DNA of 64,000 bases from Methylophilaceae bacterium. GTDB lineage: Bacteria; Pseudomonadota; Gammaproteobacteria; Burkholderiales; Methylophilaceae. The notes below the pieces were generated by a model. That model did not search any database. It saw nothing but the letters and a program-made list of their open reading frames with translations, and was not told the origin of the DNA. The number at the start of each line of letters is the position of its first letter. Position 1 is the stretch's first letter. Below are positions 36,425 through 48,958 of the stretch, piece after piece. The DNA is taken from the NCBI GenBank assembly GCA_049662045.1, contig JBATAW010000017.1:30431-94430 (forward strand), given 5' to 3'. The position numbers were made by a program, and so were the translations under genes.

Positions 36425-37649
36425 TAGCTGACTGATCTACAGGGTAAATTTCGCTCATACCAGGCACAAAAATGCGGCACGCATACACCCCTAAATGGGT
36501 AAAGTCGGCAATGTATAGGTCATGCCCACTATTGTGAATGGTATTCACGCACCAATGGTAATCTTCTTCTGTTGCCGCTTTTGTTAATGCTAAGCCTCCA
36601 AAGTTCCAATCCACAAAGTCAAAGTCTGGTGTGCTGCGTAAAAAGTTCCAGCTAATCACACCGCTAGAATCCACAAAGTGAATTTCTAAGTTTTGTGCGT
36701 CTGCAATTTCCTCCATATCAAAGCCTGGTGCTACAAAACCTTTTAAGCTATCGAGCGCGCGGCCTTGTAATAGCTCAGTCAACGCACGTTCTAACGCCAC
36801 TTCAAAGCGCGGATGTGCGCCAAAGCTCGCAAAACAGCCTTGATCTTCTGGGTGGAGGAGGGTGACGTTCATCACGGGATATTGACCGCCAAGTGAGGCA
36901 TCTTTCACTAAAATACCATAACCAGCATCGCGCAAACCTTGAATGCCCGCGGCAATGCGCGGATAACGGTTAATCACGGCTTGCGGCACATCTGGCAAGC
37001 AAATACCTTCACGAATAATTTTATATTTAATATCGCGTTCAAAAATTTCGGCCATAGCCTGCGTGCGGGCTTCCATCATGGTGTTGCCCGCAGACATGCC
37101 GTTGCTGACGTATAAATTACCGATTAAGTTAACGGGAAAATAGGCCACAACATTGTCGCGTAAACGAGTATAAGGGATTGCACAAATACCACGTTTCGTA
37201 TTGCCTGAATTAAAATCAATTAACTGGCTTGCTAACACCATGCCTTCAGGGTTGTAAAAAGCTTGTAACTCTGGGGTGAGTAAATCTTTTGGCCATTGAT
37301 TACCTTTTACTGGAAACCATTTTTCATTAGGATAATGCACAAAATCATAATTTGCCACGGATTCACCTAGGTAAAAATGCGTCCAAAAATAATTAGTGCT
37401 GAGACGCTCAAAATACTCACCCAAAGCGCTGGCGCGCGCTGCTAATTGGCTTGCACCTTTGCCATTGGTAAACAGTCTTGTGCAGTCTTTATCAATTACA
37501 TGTACCGACCAAATTCCTTCAATTTCATTCAGCCAGGATTTTTCTTCAATATAAATGCCAAGAGCAAGTAGTTTGCCTTGCAGTGTTGCAATAGAAGATT
37601 CTAGCGAGGCATCCTTACTAGGAATAAAAGTTTCAGTTTGTTTGTTCAT
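36414..37649 (-). CDS. ycaO: YcaO-domain protein (RimO/S12 methylthiolation accessory factor type), C-terminally truncated relative to E. coli
   Basis: Colinear with E. coli YcaO from TFIPSKDASLESSIA through NGKGAS, ALGEYFERLSTNYFW, GNLYVSNGMSAGNT, FASFGAHP and GVYACRIFVPGMSEIYP. It stops at 411 aa, versus 586 aa in E. coli. Confidence 0.85.
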   Translation of the reverse strand: MNKQTETFIPSKDASLESSIATLQGKLLALGIYIEEKSWLNEIEGIWSVHVIDKDCTRLFTNGKGASQLAARASALGEYFERLSTNYFWTHFYLGESVANYDFVHYPNEKWFPVKGNQWPKDLLTPELQAFYNPEGMVLASQLIDFNSGNTKRGICAIPYTRLRDNVVAYFPVNLIGNLYVSNGMSAGNTMMEARTQAMAEIFERDIKYKIIREGICLPDVPQAVINRYPRIAAGIQGLRDAGYGILVKDASLGGQYPVMNVTLLHPEDQGCFASFGAHPRFEVALERALTELLQGRALDSLKGFVAPGFDMEEIADAQNLEIHFVDSSGVISWNFLRSTPDFDFVDWNFGGLALTKAATEEDYHWCVNTIHNSGHDLYIADFTHLGVYACRIFVPGMSEIYPVDQSASAN

Positions 37650-37956
37650 AAGGTGGCTTTGGCTGATAAAACTAAAAGTTTAGCATGTTGAGGTGGATAT
37701 CTTATCGCTGTGACTTAAGACTTAATGATAAATCATGAAGTTGCTCATGTGTTTTTACCAGTTTGCATGTAAATTACTCATTCATTTCATAGATTCTGCA
37801 TGTTTTGGTACTTTCTGTAAAATAAGATGTAACTTCGTATAATGTATATTATGTTAAATTGTAGCCTCATAAAAAATTTTAGGTGGTTTACGATTTATAC
37901 CATGACGTAGTAGTTTATGGTTTTGTGGCTAAAATAAATAAACTTACCACCTACGT

Positions 37957-38193
37957 TCAAGCCTTTGGTAAAGCCTCGTTATCAGCCTTGTACATATTTA
38001 CCTTTTCATCTTTGCCAAAAACACCAAGCGATTGAAGTAAAGCAAAAGCAATCATAAACCTAGCCCCGTGTGACAAAAAATCATCATCACTGTATAGCCA
38101 CAGCAAAATTTTGTCACATAAACCATCAAAGCAAAACAAAAAAACCACCGCAATCATTACATTAACTATTATTTTCACGTACCAACCTTTCAA
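37957..38193 (-). CDS. Hypothetical small membrane protein
   Basis: 78 aa with two hydrophobic segments and no recognisable homology. It occupies the slot downstream of lpxB where rnhB often sits. Confidence 0.3.
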   Translation of the reverse strand: MKGWYVKIIVNVMIAVVFLFCFDGLCDKILLWLYSDDDFLSHGARFMIAFALLQSLGVFGKDEKVNMYKADNEALPKA

Positions 38194-38252
38194 TAAAAAA
38201 GCACTAGTTATAGTGTTTTATATCTAGCAAATAATATGCCAAATTATTGAGC

Positions 38253-39425
38253 TTACATACTATTTAAATAACTTAAAATTACCTCTGCCGCTTTTTCATT
38301 GGTGTTTTGACGCAATAGCTGATGAATTTTTAAAAATTCAGATTTAATATCATCTAGTTGGTTTTTATTATTTAAAATCTGTATACATGTTTGCGCTATG
38401 TTTTCTGCTGTAGCATCGTCTTGTAATAACTCAGGGACAACAAAGCGATTAGCCAGTATATTTGGCAAACCAACATATGGTTGCAAGCGCATTCTCTTAA
38501 GTATCTGCCAGCTTAAATTAGACATATGGTAAGTAATAACCATAGGTTTTTTAAGTAAAGCAGCTTCTAAAGTGGCAGTACCTGAAGCAACGATAACAAA
38601 GTCTGCCGCTTCCATCGCATCATGCGCATGTCCAAACATCACGGTTATTGCTGGAATAGCCTGCGTCTCATCTAGCGTTAATAAAAACTCATTGAACGCT
38701 TTATCAAATATAACGCGTGTTTCTCGTGTAATTAAAGGGACTAAAAATACCACCTCTTTATTTTCTTCTTTTGATAATGATTCTAGAATGAGTGATGCTG
38801 CACTAATAAATAATTTAGCATGCTGCTTCACCTCACCTTGTCGACTTCCAGGTAGCATGGTGATGACTATTTGATTTTGTTTTAGCTTAAGAAAGTTTCT
38901 AGCCTCAGCTGTGTTTGGTTCTAACGGAAGCATGTCAGCTAGCGGATGGCCAACATAAGTGACTGGTATGCTAGCTTGCTCATAGAAAGCAGGCTCAAAT
39001 GGGAATAATGCCAATATATGAGAAACCGCTTTTTTAATATTGGCAATGCGCCCTTTACGCCAAGCCCAAATTGAAGGGCTCACATAGTGAATAGCAGTGA
39101 TGCCTTTATTTTTAATCTTTTTTTCTAGCCAAAAATTAAAATCGGGAGCGTCTATACCAATAAATAAATCTATTTTTTCGATTAATAACCGTTTTAAAAG
39201 TGCTTTGCGCAAGCTTAATAGGCTTGGTAAATGCTTTAAAACATCTATATAGCCGCTGACGGACAATTGCTCAATGGCGTATAGCGTTTTAGCGCCCTCG
39301 CCTATCATTTTAGGCCCAGCTATACCGATAAATTCTACATGAGGTAATCGTTTTTTTAAGGTGGCTATTAACTGACTGCCAAGTAAATCCCCTGAGGCTT
39401 CACCTGCAACGATTCCAATTTTCAT
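38253..39425 (-). CDS. lpxB: Lipid-A-disaccharide synthase
   Basis: 390 aa beginning MKIGIVAGEASGDLLG, with YVSPSIWAWR. Located in the lpxD-fabZ-lpxA-lpxB context. Confidence 0.95.
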   Translation of the reverse strand: MKIGIVAGEASGDLLGSQLIATLKKRLPHVEFIGIAGPKMIGEGAKTLYAIEQLSVSGYIDVLKHLPSLLSLRKALLKRLLIEKIDLFIGIDAPDFNFWLEKKIKNKGITAIHYVSPSIWAWRKGRIANIKKAVSHILALFPFEPAFYEQASIPVTYVGHPLADMLPLEPNTAEARNFLKLKQNQIVITMLPGSRQGEVKQHAKLFISAASLILESLSKEENKEVVFLVPLITRETRVIFDKAFNEFLLTLDETQAIPAITVMFGHAHDAMEAADFVIVASGTATLEAALLKKPMVITYHMSNLSWQILKRMRLQPYVGLPNILANRFVVPELLQDDATAENIAQTCIQILNNKNQLDDIKSEFLKIHQLLRQNTNEKAAEVILSYLNSM

Positions 39426-39436
39426 ACGGATGCTTT

Positions 39437-40216
39437 TTAACGGACAATGCCGCGTGTCGAGGTGTTTAAAAAATCAAGCAGCAACTTGATTTCATGATGG
39501 TTTAGTGCTTTTTTGGACAGCTCTTCTTTAGCTTCTTCAAATGTTAACTTATTGCGATAGAGTGTTTTATAGGCGCGTTTAACTTCAAGTATCGCTTCTG
39601 GCGTAAAACCGCGTCTTTTCAAGCCTTCCGAGTTAATGCCATGTGGTTTTGCATCATATCCAGCCGCTGTTACATAAGGTGGAATATCTTTAAAAACGAC
39701 AGAACCTACAGCAGTAATGACATGGGCGCCAATTTTACAAAATTGGTGAATTAACGTAAAACCACCTAATATAGCGTAATCTTGCACTTCTACATGCCCA
39801 GCAATGGAGGCGTTATTGGCAAAAATAGTATGGTTTCCAATCATGCAATCATGTGCCAAATGCACATAAGCCATGATCCAATTATCATCACCTATTTTTG
39901 TAGTACCTTTATCTTGAACGGTGCCTCGATTAAACGTACAAAATTCGCGAATAGTATTATTATCGCCAATTTCGAGCAATGTCGGTTCACCGTTATACTT
40001 TTTATCTTGTGGAGCTTCACCGAGTGATGAATACTGAAATATCTGATTATTTTTTCCGATAATAGTATGGTCACTAATGATAACATGGCTCGCTATATGT
40101 GTACCTGCATCAATTTTTACATTGGGACCAATAATAGAATAGGCGCCTACTTTCACGCTTGAGTCTAACTCCGCTTTTGCATCGATAATAGCTGTTGGGT
40201 GTATATTGACTGACAT
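39437..40216 (-). CDS. lpxA: Acyl-ACP--UDP-GlcNAc O-acyltransferase
   Basis: 259 aa with a left-handed beta-helix of hexapeptide repeats, beginning IHPTAIID, and a C-terminal helical domain. Confidence 0.95.
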   Translation of the reverse strand: MSVNIHPTAIIDAKAELDSSVKVGAYSIIGPNVKIDAGTHIASHVIISDHTIIGKNNQIFQYSSLGEAPQDKKYNGEPTLLEIGDNNTIREFCTFNRGTVQDKGTTKIGDDNWIMAYVHLAHDCMIGNHTIFANNASIAGHVEVQDYAILGGFTLIHQFCKIGAHVITAVGSVVFKDIPPYVTAAGYDAKPHGINSEGLKRRGFTPEAILEVKRAYKTLYRNKLTFEEAKEELSKKALNHHEIKLLLDFLNTSTRGIVR

Positions 40217-40271
40217 TCAGATAGCTTTAAATAAATTACATGAAGTATATTGACTAATTATTTGATATATA

Positions 40272-40736
40272 TCATTTTTCTATCGCTTTTAATATGCACA
40301 TCATTTGAGCCTCTGCAACGACAACACCATCGACCGTTGCTACGCCTATATACTTCCAAATTCCTTTTAATATTCGATCAATCTTTACATTGAGTATGAT
40401 TTGATCACCTGGTGAAACGGGTTTTTTAAAGCGCGCATTGTCTATTCCAGCAAAGTAATAAACTGACTCATCATTCGGCTTTACATCCATCGTTTTAAAT
40501 GACAACACAGCCGCCGCTTGTGCCATTGCTTCAATAACTAGCACACCAGGCATAACAGGGTGATAAGGGAAATGCCCTGGGAAAAATGGTTCATTAATTG
40601 TCACATTTTTAATGGCAGTAATTTCTTTGCCCAACTCCAACGAAATCACTTTATCGATTAACACAAATGGGTAACGATGTGGCAAATGCTCTAATATTTC
40701 ATGAATATTCATAGCATTATCAGTAGGGTTGGTCAT
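40272..40736 (-). CDS. fabZ: 3-hydroxyacyl-ACP dehydratase
   Basis: [13 protein letters not shown] and [16 protein letters not shown], the hot-dog fold catalytic motif. Confidence 0.95.
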   Translation of the reverse strand: MTNPTDNAMNIHEILEHLPHRYPFVLIDKVISLELGKEITAIKNVTINEPFFPGHFPYHPVMPGVLVIEAMAQAAAVLSFKTMDVKPNDESVYYFAGIDNARFKKPVSPGDQIILNVKIDRILKGIWKYIGVATVDGVVVAEAQMMCILKAIEK

Positions 40737-40762
40737 TCAATTCTCGATTCTATTATTACCAT

Positions 40763-41803
40763 TTAGATTGGGTTCAATTTTAACAGAGCAAGCGCTTTTT
40801 CTAACGATTTAATTTTATTTGCCATGTCATCTAGGTTTCTGAGTTTTACAGCGGTCGTTAACCATTCCTTATGCGTTTGAAATGGCATTATTGCGGTATA
40901 GGTATCGGCCACATTTAGAGAGCGCGTAATCATGCTGCCAGGAGAAATTGTGACATTATCACAAATTTCTAAATGACCTAAAATCATTGCAGCGCCACCA
41001 ATTTTACAATGTTTACCAATGATGGCACTTCCCGCAATACCAACACAACCAGCAATAACGGTGTGAGCACCAATCACACAGTTATGACCAATTTGAATTA
41101 AATTATCTAGCTTACAGCCCTCTTCTATAACCGTATCATCAAGTGCCCCCCGATCAACGGTCGTATTTGCTCCAATATCCACATCATTTTTGATGATGAC
41201 TTTACCCACTTGTGGAATTTTTAGCCAAATTCCCGTCTCCTCTGCATAGCCAAATCCATCTGATCCAATCACCACCCCAGAAAATATATGGCAGTTTTTG
41301 CCAATTTCGCAATGATGTTTAACTGTGACATTAGGTTCTAAACGTGTATGGCTCGCAATGTTAACGTTGTTTTCAATGACGCATCCAGCACCAACGATAA
41401 CATGCTCACCAAGCACGACATTTTCGCCAATAAAAGTCAAAGCTGATATGCTACAAGAAGTCGGTATCTGTGCAGTTTTGGCCACTACTGCACTTGATGC
41501 AATGCCCACACTAGCAGTAGGTGGTGGGTTAAGTAAAGCGGAAATCTTTGCAAAATATGCGTATGGATTATCAACCACGATTTTAGGTTTGTCAGTGAAG
41601 TCAGCAATGTCAGCTCTTAACACAAAGGCACTTGCACGACAGTCAAGCATACTTTTTTGATATTTAGCATCTGTAATAAAACAGATATCACCTTCTATGG
41701 CACTGTTTAGAGAAGCTACTTGTAAAATGGGCGTATTTCCATTACCAATTATCTCACCCCCAAAGAGGGCTACTAAGGTGCTGAGCGTGTAATTTTGATC
41801 CAT
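40763..41803 (-). CDS. lpxD: UDP-3-O-acylglucosamine N-acyltransferase
   Basis: 346 aa with hexapeptide repeats, the HNCVIGAHTVIAG region, and the expected synteny. Confidence 0.95.
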   Translation of the reverse strand: MDQNYTLSTLVALFGGEIIGNGNTPILQVASLNSAIEGDICFITDAKYQKSMLDCRASAFVLRADIADFTDKPKIVVDNPYAYFAKISALLNPPPTASVGIASSAVVAKTAQIPTSCSISALTFIGENVVLGEHVIVGAGCVIENNVNIASHTRLEPNVTVKHHCEIGKNCHIFSGVVIGSDGFGYAEETGIWLKIPQVGKVIIKNDVDIGANTTVDRGALDDTVIEEGCKLDNLIQIGHNCVIGAHTVIAGCVGIAGSAIIGKHCKIGGAAMILGHLEICDNVTISPGSMITRSLNVADTYTAIMPFQTHKEWLTTAVKLRNLDDMANKIKSLEKALALLKLNPI

Positions 41804-41834
41804 TAGATAATCTTAATGATGGACTTAACGCTAA

Positions 41835-42368
41835 TTATTTTTTACCTAACAGTTTTAAGACTTTATCTGTGATGTCGATTTTATCTACCGCATAAGCTAC
41901 ACCGCTATATATCACTAAATCATAGTTCTCTGACTTAGCAACAGATTGCACAGCTTTATTAATACGATCTTGTAAGCTCGCTAACTCTTCATTTTTACGT
42001 AAATTAATGTCTTCACGTAGCTCACGTTGTTTACGTTGAAACTCAACCTTAATATTCTGGGCATCACGCTCTTTACCTCGACGACTGACATCTGTGCTTG
42101 CAGACCCATCCTTATCTAGTGCGGCTTCTAACTCCTTTATCTGCTTAGCCATTTTATCAAGCTCAAGTGATCGAGGGCTAAATTCACGCTCTAATTTTTT
42201 ACCACTTTCAGCAGTTTGAGGAGCCTCTTGTAATATTTTTTCAACCTGTACATAGCCTACTTTCAATTCAGCAGCTTGTAAGCTAATTGAACAAAGACTT
42301 AGCAAAGACAATAAACCTATCATTGCTTTTGTTTTAATGTGATTAACTAATTTGTAATTCAATTTCAA
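41835..42368 (-). CDS. skp: Periplasmic chaperone Skp (OmpH family)
   Basis: 177 aa with a signal peptide and a long charged coiled region. It lies between bamA and lpxD. Confidence 0.85.
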   Translation of the reverse strand: MKLNYKLVNHIKTKAMIGLLSLLSLCSISLQAAELKVGYVQVEKILQEAPQTAESGKKLEREFSPRSLELDKMAKQIKELEAALDKDGSASTDVSRRGKERDAQNIKVEFQRKQRELREDINLRKNEELASLQDRINKAVQSVAKSENYDLVIYSGVAYAVDKIDITDKVLKLLGKK

Positions 42369-42408
42369 CCTCCTACCCTAAAAAAAGGATTATTCAATAC
42401 AAACCATC

Positions 42409-44733
42409 TTAGAACATTGTTCCAAGCTGGAACTGTACGGATTGTGTCAGGTCTCCAGTTTGGCTGTTGAGCGGTTTAGCATAAATCAATTTTAGCGGAC
42501 CAAAAGGGGATATCCAACTAATTCCCACCCCTGCGGAGTACCTTAAATCCCCCAAACTATAAGACTGATCAGTGCCATACACATTACCCGCATCTATAAA
42601 TGCACTTAATCTAAATTGTTTAGAGTCTTTTAAGCCTGGAATTGGTGTAAATAACTCAGCGTTTCCAAGTAAGCGTTTAGTACCACCCACTGCATAACTA
42701 ACGCCAGTGAGTGGGTCAATGGATCTAGGGCCTAATGAGCTAGTATCAAACCCGCGCACTGAATTTACGCCACCTGCAAAATAATTTTTAAAGAACGGGT
42801 ATTCTTTGCTTCCATAAGAGTCTGCATAGCCAATTTCACCATTCAGCATTAAAGTAAAATCTTTGTAAAAGTTATTATACCAAGCATGTTTATAGTCTAA
42901 TTTATAATAATTTAAATCTAAAACTGGCAATGAAACTTCTAAGTTTAGCCTTTGTAATACCCCATTATTTGGGAACAAGATGCTGTCGCGTGAATCATGC
43001 GACCAGCCTGCGGTAGCAACAACTGAGTTACTACTGCAGCCTGTCGTATTTCCACAAAAATTCTGATATTGGATTGGGCTTGCAGTGTTTAAATCTACTT
43101 TTGTAAAGTCAGCGGCTAAGCCAAAGTTAAAGCCATCTCGTTCGTTCAACGGAATACCAAAACGTACACCAGCACCATAAGAAGATGTACTGTAGCTAGA
43201 CACGTTAAGTGAACCTGTATTCACATCCCGACGATAAATATCAAAACCACGGCTAACACCATCAGGCGTGAAGTATGGGTCGGTAAATGACAGAGAGTAT
43301 GTTGTATTCACTTTACCAGTATTTACGTTTGCAGATACGCGATTGCCTGTTCCTAAGAAGTTATCTTGGTTCACTGTAATACCGAAAGTTACCCCTTCGT
43401 TACTGGATAAACCTGCGCCAAATTGAATGCTACCAGTAGATTTTTCAGTCACACTTAAGTTTAAATCGACTTGGTCAGCCGTACCTGGTACAGCTGGCGT
43501 TTCTACGTTAACATCTGAAAAGAAGTCAGTACGCACAACACGCTCTTTTGATCGGTTTATCTTTTCCGCATTATACCAAGCTGATTCTAGCTGACGCACT
43601 TCTCGACGAATAACTTCATCTCGTGTTCTGGTATTGCCGACAATATTAATTCGACGAACATAAACACGTTTGCCAGGGTCTACAAAAAATGTAAAGGCAG
43701 CGGTATGTTCATTTTTATTGATTTCTGGCACAGGATTAACATTAGAGAATGCATAGCCATCATTACTTAAACGATCGCTAATCGCTTTGCTAGATTGTGT
43801 AATTTTCTCACGGTTAAAAGTATCGCCTTTTTTAATTTGAATTAAATGTTCTAATTCTGAGTCAGCAATGATTGTATCGCCTGCCAGTTTGATATCTGAA
43901 ATGGTATATTTTTCACCTTCAGTGATATTAACCGTAATGTAAATATCTTTTTTATCAGGTGAAATTGATACCTGTGTGGAGTCAATATTAAACTCCAAAT
44001 AGCCTTTGTTCATGTAAAACGAACGCAAAGCTTCTAAGTCAGCATTTAGCTTTTGTTTTGAATATTGGTCGTCTTTATTCCACCAACTCATCCAGTTTGG
44101 CGTGGTAAGCAAAAACTCGGCACGTAAATCGTCCATGGTAAAGGCTTGATTACCAACAATATTAATGCTTTTAATTTTTGAAACAGCGCCTTCTTCAATA
44201 TTAAAGCTAACCGCCACACGATTACGCTCAAGCGGCGAAACCACGGCTTTCACGGATGCACCATATTTACCCTGAGATAAATACTGGCGCTTAATTTCTT
44301 GCTCAGCTCGATCTAATTGAGACTTATCAAAAATCTGACCTTCAGCGATACCAATTTGCTTTAGTCCTTCTTTCATTTTATCTGAAGGGAACGACTTATT
44401 ACCACTGAGATCAATCTTAGCAATTGATGAGCGCTCCTGAACAGTGACAACCAAAACGTCACCCTCAGCTTCAATACGGACATCTTTAAAAAAGCCCGTG
44501 CCATAAAGTGATTTAATCGCCTCAGATGCAAGTTCATCATTCATGGTTTCGCCGACTTTAACGGGAAGATAAGTAAATACCGTGCCAGCCTCTGTACGTT
44601 GAATACCTTCTACACGAATGTCTTTAACGACAAACGGCTCTAGAGCAAATGCTGAGTTAGCATATAGCCCAGATACAATCAGTAGAATAGATTTAATTTT
44701 TAAAGTATTAAGCATTTTTTTTGATTGCGTCAT
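42409..44733 (-). CDS. bamA: Outer membrane protein assembly factor BamA
   Basis: 774 aa with five POTRA-like segments ([14 protein letters not shown]...), an Omp85 barrel, and the terminal FQLGTMF. Confidence 0.95.
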   Translation of the reverse strand: MTQSKKMLNTLKIKSILLIVSGLYANSAFALEPFVVKDIRVEGIQRTEAGTVFTYLPVKVGETMNDELASEAIKSLYGTGFFKDVRIEAEGDVLVVTVQERSSIAKIDLSGNKSFPSDKMKEGLKQIGIAEGQIFDKSQLDRAEQEIKRQYLSQGKYGASVKAVVSPLERNRVAVSFNIEEGAVSKIKSINIVGNQAFTMDDLRAEFLLTTPNWMSWWNKDDQYSKQKLNADLEALRSFYMNKGYLEFNIDSTQVSISPDKKDIYITVNITEGEKYTISDIKLAGDTIIADSELEHLIQIKKGDTFNREKITQSSKAISDRLSNDGYAFSNVNPVPEINKNEHTAAFTFFVDPGKRVYVRRINIVGNTRTRDEVIRREVRQLESAWYNAEKINRSKERVVRTDFFSDVNVETPAVPGTADQVDLNLSVTEKSTGSIQFGAGLSSNEGVTFGITVNQDNFLGTGNRVSANVNTGKVNTTYSLSFTDPYFTPDGVSRGFDIYRRDVNTGSLNVSSYSTSSYGAGVRFGIPLNERDGFNFGLAADFTKVDLNTASPIQYQNFCGNTTGCSSNSVVATAGWSHDSRDSILFPNNGVLQRLNLEVSLPVLDLNYYKLDYKHAWYNNFYKDFTLMLNGEIGYADSYGSKEYPFFKNYFAGGVNSVRGFDTSSLGPRSIDPLTGVSYAVGGTKRLLGNAELFTPIPGLKDSKQFRLSAFIDAGNVYGTDQSYSLGDLRYSAGVGISWISPFGPLKLIYAKPLNSQTGDLTQSVQFQLGTMF

Positions 44734-44766
44734 AGTTTTTTTGTGTCAGTTTTAATTGTATATTGG

Positions 44767-46140
44767 TCATGTAACCAACCTGATGATTAATCTATTAATA
44801 TCGTTATAAAACGCAATAATCATCAGTAAGCCCAGCATGAAAAAACCTATTTTTTGACCTATCATGAGCGCTGAGTCAGGCACAGGTTTTCTAGTTAGTA
44901 ATTCAACGACATAATACATGAAATGGCCGCCATCTAATACAGGTATAGGTAAGAGATTCATCACACCGATGCTAATACTTATGAACGCTAGAAAGCCGAT
45001 AAACTGCTTCAGCCCTCTATCTGCGCTTTCTCCAGCTGCGTTGGCAATGGTCAAAGAGCCACTCATATTTTTTAATGACAATTGCCCAGTCACCAATTTC
45101 TCCATCAATTTTAAGCTGACAATTGAAGTATCCCAAGTGGTTGCAGTGGCTTTTACAAAAGCGCGTAAGGGTGAATAGTTAATCATACTGACACGGCTAT
45201 CTAGCGCAGCCACACCTATCATTCCAATAGTTTTACCCTCAACTATTTTTGCTTCTGGCAGTATTATTATGGTTAACTCTTCACCATTGCGTTGAACTAA
45301 CAGTTCCACCTTTTTGCTGGCACTTTCTTTAATGACACTTGTGAAATCTTGCCAGTGTTTGATAGTTTGCTGATTCGCTTTTAGAATTAAATCGTTGACT
45401 TTCAGGCCCGCCTTAGCCGCTGGCCCATCTGAATTCAACCCGCCAATTTGTGCTTTAATGTCAGGCTGAATAAAAGCAAACCCTAATACAGCTAATGCAT
45501 CTTGATCAGGGTTATCTAGGTTAATAGCCGCTAGGTTTAATTTGTGTAACTTTGTTTTTCCATTGTTATCTAGTACATTAACAGTCGCATTTGTATTTTT
45601 AAGTGACGCATTTAAAAAAGCAAAGCTCGCTTCTTGCCAAGTATCTACTTGATTACCATTGATTTTCTGAATGACTTCATTTTCTTTGAACCCTGCCACT
45701 GCTGCTGGGCTATTCTCTAGCACTTTGCCTAAAATAGGCTTAATGCCTAACACTCCTGTCATCAATATTGCCCAGTATAATAAAATAGCTAGTAATAAAT
45801 TAGCAAAAGGCCCGGCTAACACTACTGCCATACGTTTTAATACAGGCTGGCGGTTAAATGCGCGCTGCAAATCAGCTTCGGAATAGCTGGCTTGCGTTAC
45901 GTTATCTACTTCAACAAATTCGCGCTCATCAAGAAATTTGACGTAACCACCTAATGGAATGCTTGCAATGATAAATTCTGTATTGTCTTTACCAAAAGTT
46001 TTTGACCACAATGGTTTGCCAAAACCTATTGAAAATTTCAGTATTCTTACGCCACACCATTTAGCCACTTGGTAATGGCCATACTCATGCACCGTAACTA
46101 GAATACCAATGGTAACTAAAAATGCTATGAGTGTTAGCAT
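44767..46140 (-). CDS. rseP: RIP zinc metalloprotease RseP
   Basis: HEYGHY zincin motif, two PDZ segments, and the C-terminal [12 protein letters not shown]. Confidence 0.95.
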   Translation of the reverse strand: MLTLIAFLVTIGILVTVHEYGHYQVAKWCGVRILKFSIGFGKPLWSKTFGKDNTEFIIASIPLGGYVKFLDEREFVEVDNVTQASYSEADLQRAFNRQPVLKRMAVVLAGPFANLLLAILLYWAILMTGVLGIKPILGKVLENSPAAVAGFKENEVIQKINGNQVDTWQEASFAFLNASLKNTNATVNVLDNNGKTKLHKLNLAAINLDNPDQDALAVLGFAFIQPDIKAQIGGLNSDGPAAKAGLKVNDLILKANQQTIKHWQDFTSVIKESASKKVELLVQRNGEELTIIILPEAKIVEGKTIGMIGVAALDSRVSMINYSPLRAFVKATATTWDTSIVSLKLMEKLVTGQLSLKNMSGSLTIANAAGESADRGLKQFIGFLAFISISIGVMNLLPIPVLDGGHFMYYVVELLTRKPVPDSALMIGQKIGFFMLGLLMIIAFYNDINRLIIRLVT

Positions 46141-47336
46141 AGGGTTTTTACTTGTATCGTTGCAGCAGCTCTCGCCATTTCATCAACTGCAACAAGTTGT
46201 GCTATTGATGTCACTGGTTCTATGTTAGATGCTGACAACACCGTTTCTATCATGTTTGGAATATCCATAAAGCCAATTTTTTCAGCTAAAAAAGCCTCTA
46301 CCGCAACCTCATTAGCCGCATTTAATATGGCAGGCGCCGTACCACCAGCGTTGATCGCTTCATAGGCAATGCGCAAACAAGGAAAACGCAAAAAGTCTGG
46401 CGCGCAAAAATCTAATCTTGCCTTCATGATTAAGTCTAAACTGCTCACGCCACTAATTAAACGTTCAGGGTAACCAAGCCCATAGGCAATGGGTGTGCGC
46501 ATGTCGGGGTTGCCTAATTGCGCCAGCACACTGCCATCAATGTATTCCACCATCGAATGAATCACGCTTTGCGGATGTACAACGACATCAATTTGTGAAG
46601 GTAGCGCATTAAATAACCAGTGCGCTTCAATCACTTCCAAGCCTTTGTTCATCATGGTGGCAGAATCTATCGTGATTTTTGGCCCCATGATCCAATTAGG
46701 ATGATTTAAGGCTTGGGCACGCGTGACAGATTCAAGTTCTTGCAAACTGGCATTTCTAAATGGTCCGCCTGAGGCGGTTAATAAAACCCGTTTAACCCCC
46801 ATGCTTGTTAAAGTGGGGTGCTTAGTCTGTGGCATAACCTGAAAAATTGCATTATGTTCACTATCAATCGGTAATAATGTCGCGCCACCCTGCTCGACTG
46901 CTTGCATAAATAAATTGCCCGCCATGACGAGCGTTTCTTTATTGGCTAACAGCACGCGTTTTCCCGCTTTTGCAGCCGCCATCGCAGAATGCAAGCCAGC
47001 GGCACCTACAATAGCCGCCATTACAATATCAACTTGATCATGCGCTGACACTTCACATAACGCCGCTTCACCGTGAAGCACTTGCGTAGTTGAACCCTCG
47101 GCCTTTAACAATTCACTTAACGTTTGAGCAGCTGATTGTTGCAGCATCACCGCATATTGTGGTGCGTATTTTTGACACAACACTAACATTTCGTCCGTTT
47201 TACTATTCGCAGTTAATGCAAAAATTTTAAAACGTTCTGGATGCTGTGAAATGACATCTAAGGTATTAGAACCTATCGTACCTGTTGCACCTAATATCGT
47301 CACATATTGGCTTTTTAAAGAGGTGCTATCGTGCAT
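46134..47336 (-). CDS. dxr: 1-deoxy-D-xylulose-5-phosphate reductoisomerase
   Basis: [31 protein letters not shown] and NHPNW. I chose the start at MHDSTS (47336); the track Met at 47354 is also possible. Confidence 0.95.
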   Translation of the reverse strand: MHDSTSLKSQYVTILGATGTIGSNTLDVISQHPERFKIFALTANSKTDEMLVLCQKYAPQYAVMLQQSAAQTLSELLKAEGSTTQVLHGEAALCEVSAHDQVDIVMAAIVGAAGLHSAMAAAKAGKRVLLANKETLVMAGNLFMQAVEQGGATLLPIDSEHNAIFQVMPQTKHPTLTSMGVKRVLLTASGGPFRNASLQELESVTRAQALNHPNWIMGPKITIDSATMMNKGLEVIEAHWLFNALPSQIDVVVHPQSVIHSMVEYIDGSVLAQLGNPDMRTPIAYGLGYPERLISGVSSLDLIMKARLDFCAPDFLRFPCLRIAYEAINAGGTAPAILNAANEVAVEAFLAEKIGFMDIPNMIETVLSASNIEPVTSIAQLVAVDEMARAAATIQVKTLC

Positions 47337-48153
47337 GAAGTTGTAGGTCCGCAAAAAGAGGAAAATAAATATAGAACAACACTAGTGGTAAGGTTGGGAT
47401 AAGCCCATCAATACGATCTAACACGCCACCATGGCCAGGTAATAAATGGCTACTATCTTTTACCCCTGCTTGGCGCTTTAGTAGAGACTCAAATAAATCG
47501 CCCATGACACTAAGTACAACAATGAGCCACAAACCCACAATCAGCCAGCGGCTAATGTGCAGGTATTGGCAAAGCACTATGCCATACACGGTAGCCCCTA
47601 ACAGCGCACCAGCAACACCTTCCCAGGTTTTACCAGGGCTAATTTCTGGAGCAAGTTTATGCTTACCAAATGCCTTGCCAGCAAAATACGCGGCAATATC
47701 CGCTAGCCAAACGGTAGCCAGCACGGCCAGTAGCAACCAAGGGCTGATGCGATGCAAACCTACTAGCGCCAGCCAAGTAGCCAGTAGTAAAGTTAGCCCT
47801 ACTATAGCCATCAGCACTTTTTGCTGTAGATATTTTCTACTAAGCAACCAAATAGGCGCAAAACACAACCAAAATAGTGCTGACAAACATAGAAAACCAA
47901 ATACCACTTTATCAACATAAAACCCATAAGATAAATTAGGTGAAAGGCAGATGAGCAGGCCAACACTGAGTGCGATGGCCAAGTAAATTAAAGTGACCTG
48001 CTTACTAAGCTTAATTAACTTAGCCCACTCCCAAACGCCTATGAGTGTGGCTGCCAAGGTCACCAACGCCCAAACCAGCCCAGAGGTGCTAAACAAAACC
48101 GTCAAAAAGCCAATGGCAAGCACAATAGCAGTTAAGACTCTAGTTTTAAGCAT
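47326..48153 (-). CDS. cdsA: Phosphatidate cytidylyltransferase
   Basis: Multi-TM protein with the CDS signature [28 protein letters not shown] chose the start at MLKTRV (48153), which removes the overlap with uppS. Confidence 0.9.
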   Translation of the reverse strand: MLKTRVLTAIVLAIGFLTVLFSTSGLVWALVTLAATLIGVWEWAKLIKLSKQVTLIYLAIALSVGLLICLSPNLSYGFYVDKVVFGFLCLSALFWLCFAPIWLLSRKYLQQKVLMAIVGLTLLLATWLALVGLHRISPWLLLAVLATVWLADIAAYFAGKAFGKHKLAPEISPGKTWEGVAGALLGATVYGIVLCQYLHISRWLIVGLWLIVVLSVMGDLFESLLKRQAGVKDSSHLLPGHGGVLDRIDGLIPTLPLVLFYIYFPLFADLQLHAR

Positions 48154-48160
48154 AATGTGA

Positions 48161-48919
48161 TTAAGCTTTTGGCTCTGAAAGTTGCTCGCTGGTACGGCCA
48201 AAACGGCGCTCGCGATGTTGATAAGAGGCGATGGCCAATTTAAACGCCTCTTCATCAAAATCTGGCCATAAAGTATCGGTAAAATATAGCTCAGCATAAG
48301 CTAATTGCCATAATAAAAAATTACTGATGCGCTTTTCACCACCCGTGCGGATAAACAAATCAGGCTCTGGCGCATAATTCATGGCCAAATAAGGGGTAAG
48401 ATGATCTTCGCGATAAAAACCTGCCAGTTGCGGAATTTCTGCTTGCATTTTGTTCACTGCTTGCAAAATATCCCAACGTCCGCCATAGTTAGCCGCTATC
48501 GTTAATGTGAGCGCCGTGTTATTCGCCGTTAACGCCTCTGCAGATTCTATTTGGGCGATCAATGGCACATCAAATCGACTGCGATCGCCAATCATAATGA
48601 GCTTGATATTATTTTTATGTAGCTTATCAACTTCACGTCTTAATGCTTGCATAAATAAGCCCATTAAAAACGTGACTTCTTCAGCTGGCCTGCGCCAATT
48701 CTCGCTACTAAAGGCAAATAGGGTTAAATGCTCAACTTTTAAATTCAGGCAATATTTCACCACATCTCGCACGGTTTCTACGCCGCGTTTATGCCCAGCA
48801 ATACGTGGCAAAAAACGCTTACGCGCCCAACGACCATTGCCATCCATAATAATCGCAATATGCTTAGGCGTTTGTGCAACCTCGGGTACGACTTGTGTTG
48901 CGCTACTAAAAAAGGCCAC
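48161..48919 (-). CDS. uppS: Ditrans,polycis-undecaprenyl-diphosphate synthase
   Basis: [24 protein letters not shown], and [23 protein letters not shown]. Confidence 0.95.
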   Translation of the reverse strand: MAFFSSATQVVPEVAQTPKHIAIIMDGNGRWARKRFLPRIAGHKRGVETVRDVVKYCLNLKVEHLTLFAFSSENWRRPAEEVTFLMGLFMQALRREVDKLHKNNIKLIMIGDRSRFDVPLIAQIESAEALTANNTALTLTIAANYGGRWDILQAVNKMQAEIPQLAGFYREDHLTPYLAMNYAPEPDLFIRTGGEKRISNFLLWQLAYAELYFTDTLWPDFDEEAFKLAIASYQHRERRFGRTSEQLSEPKA

Positions 48920-48958
48920 AAATGCTCCAGTCCAGTTGATTTGGCAAGTTAACGGGCA

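Noticed and set aside
47326-48297. A 323-aa version of cdsA whose N-terminus overlaps uppS by 137 nt.
   Set aside because: The internal Met at 48153 (MLKTRV) gives a normal-length CdsA beginning 8 nt after the uppS stop. The upstream extension is non-homologous.
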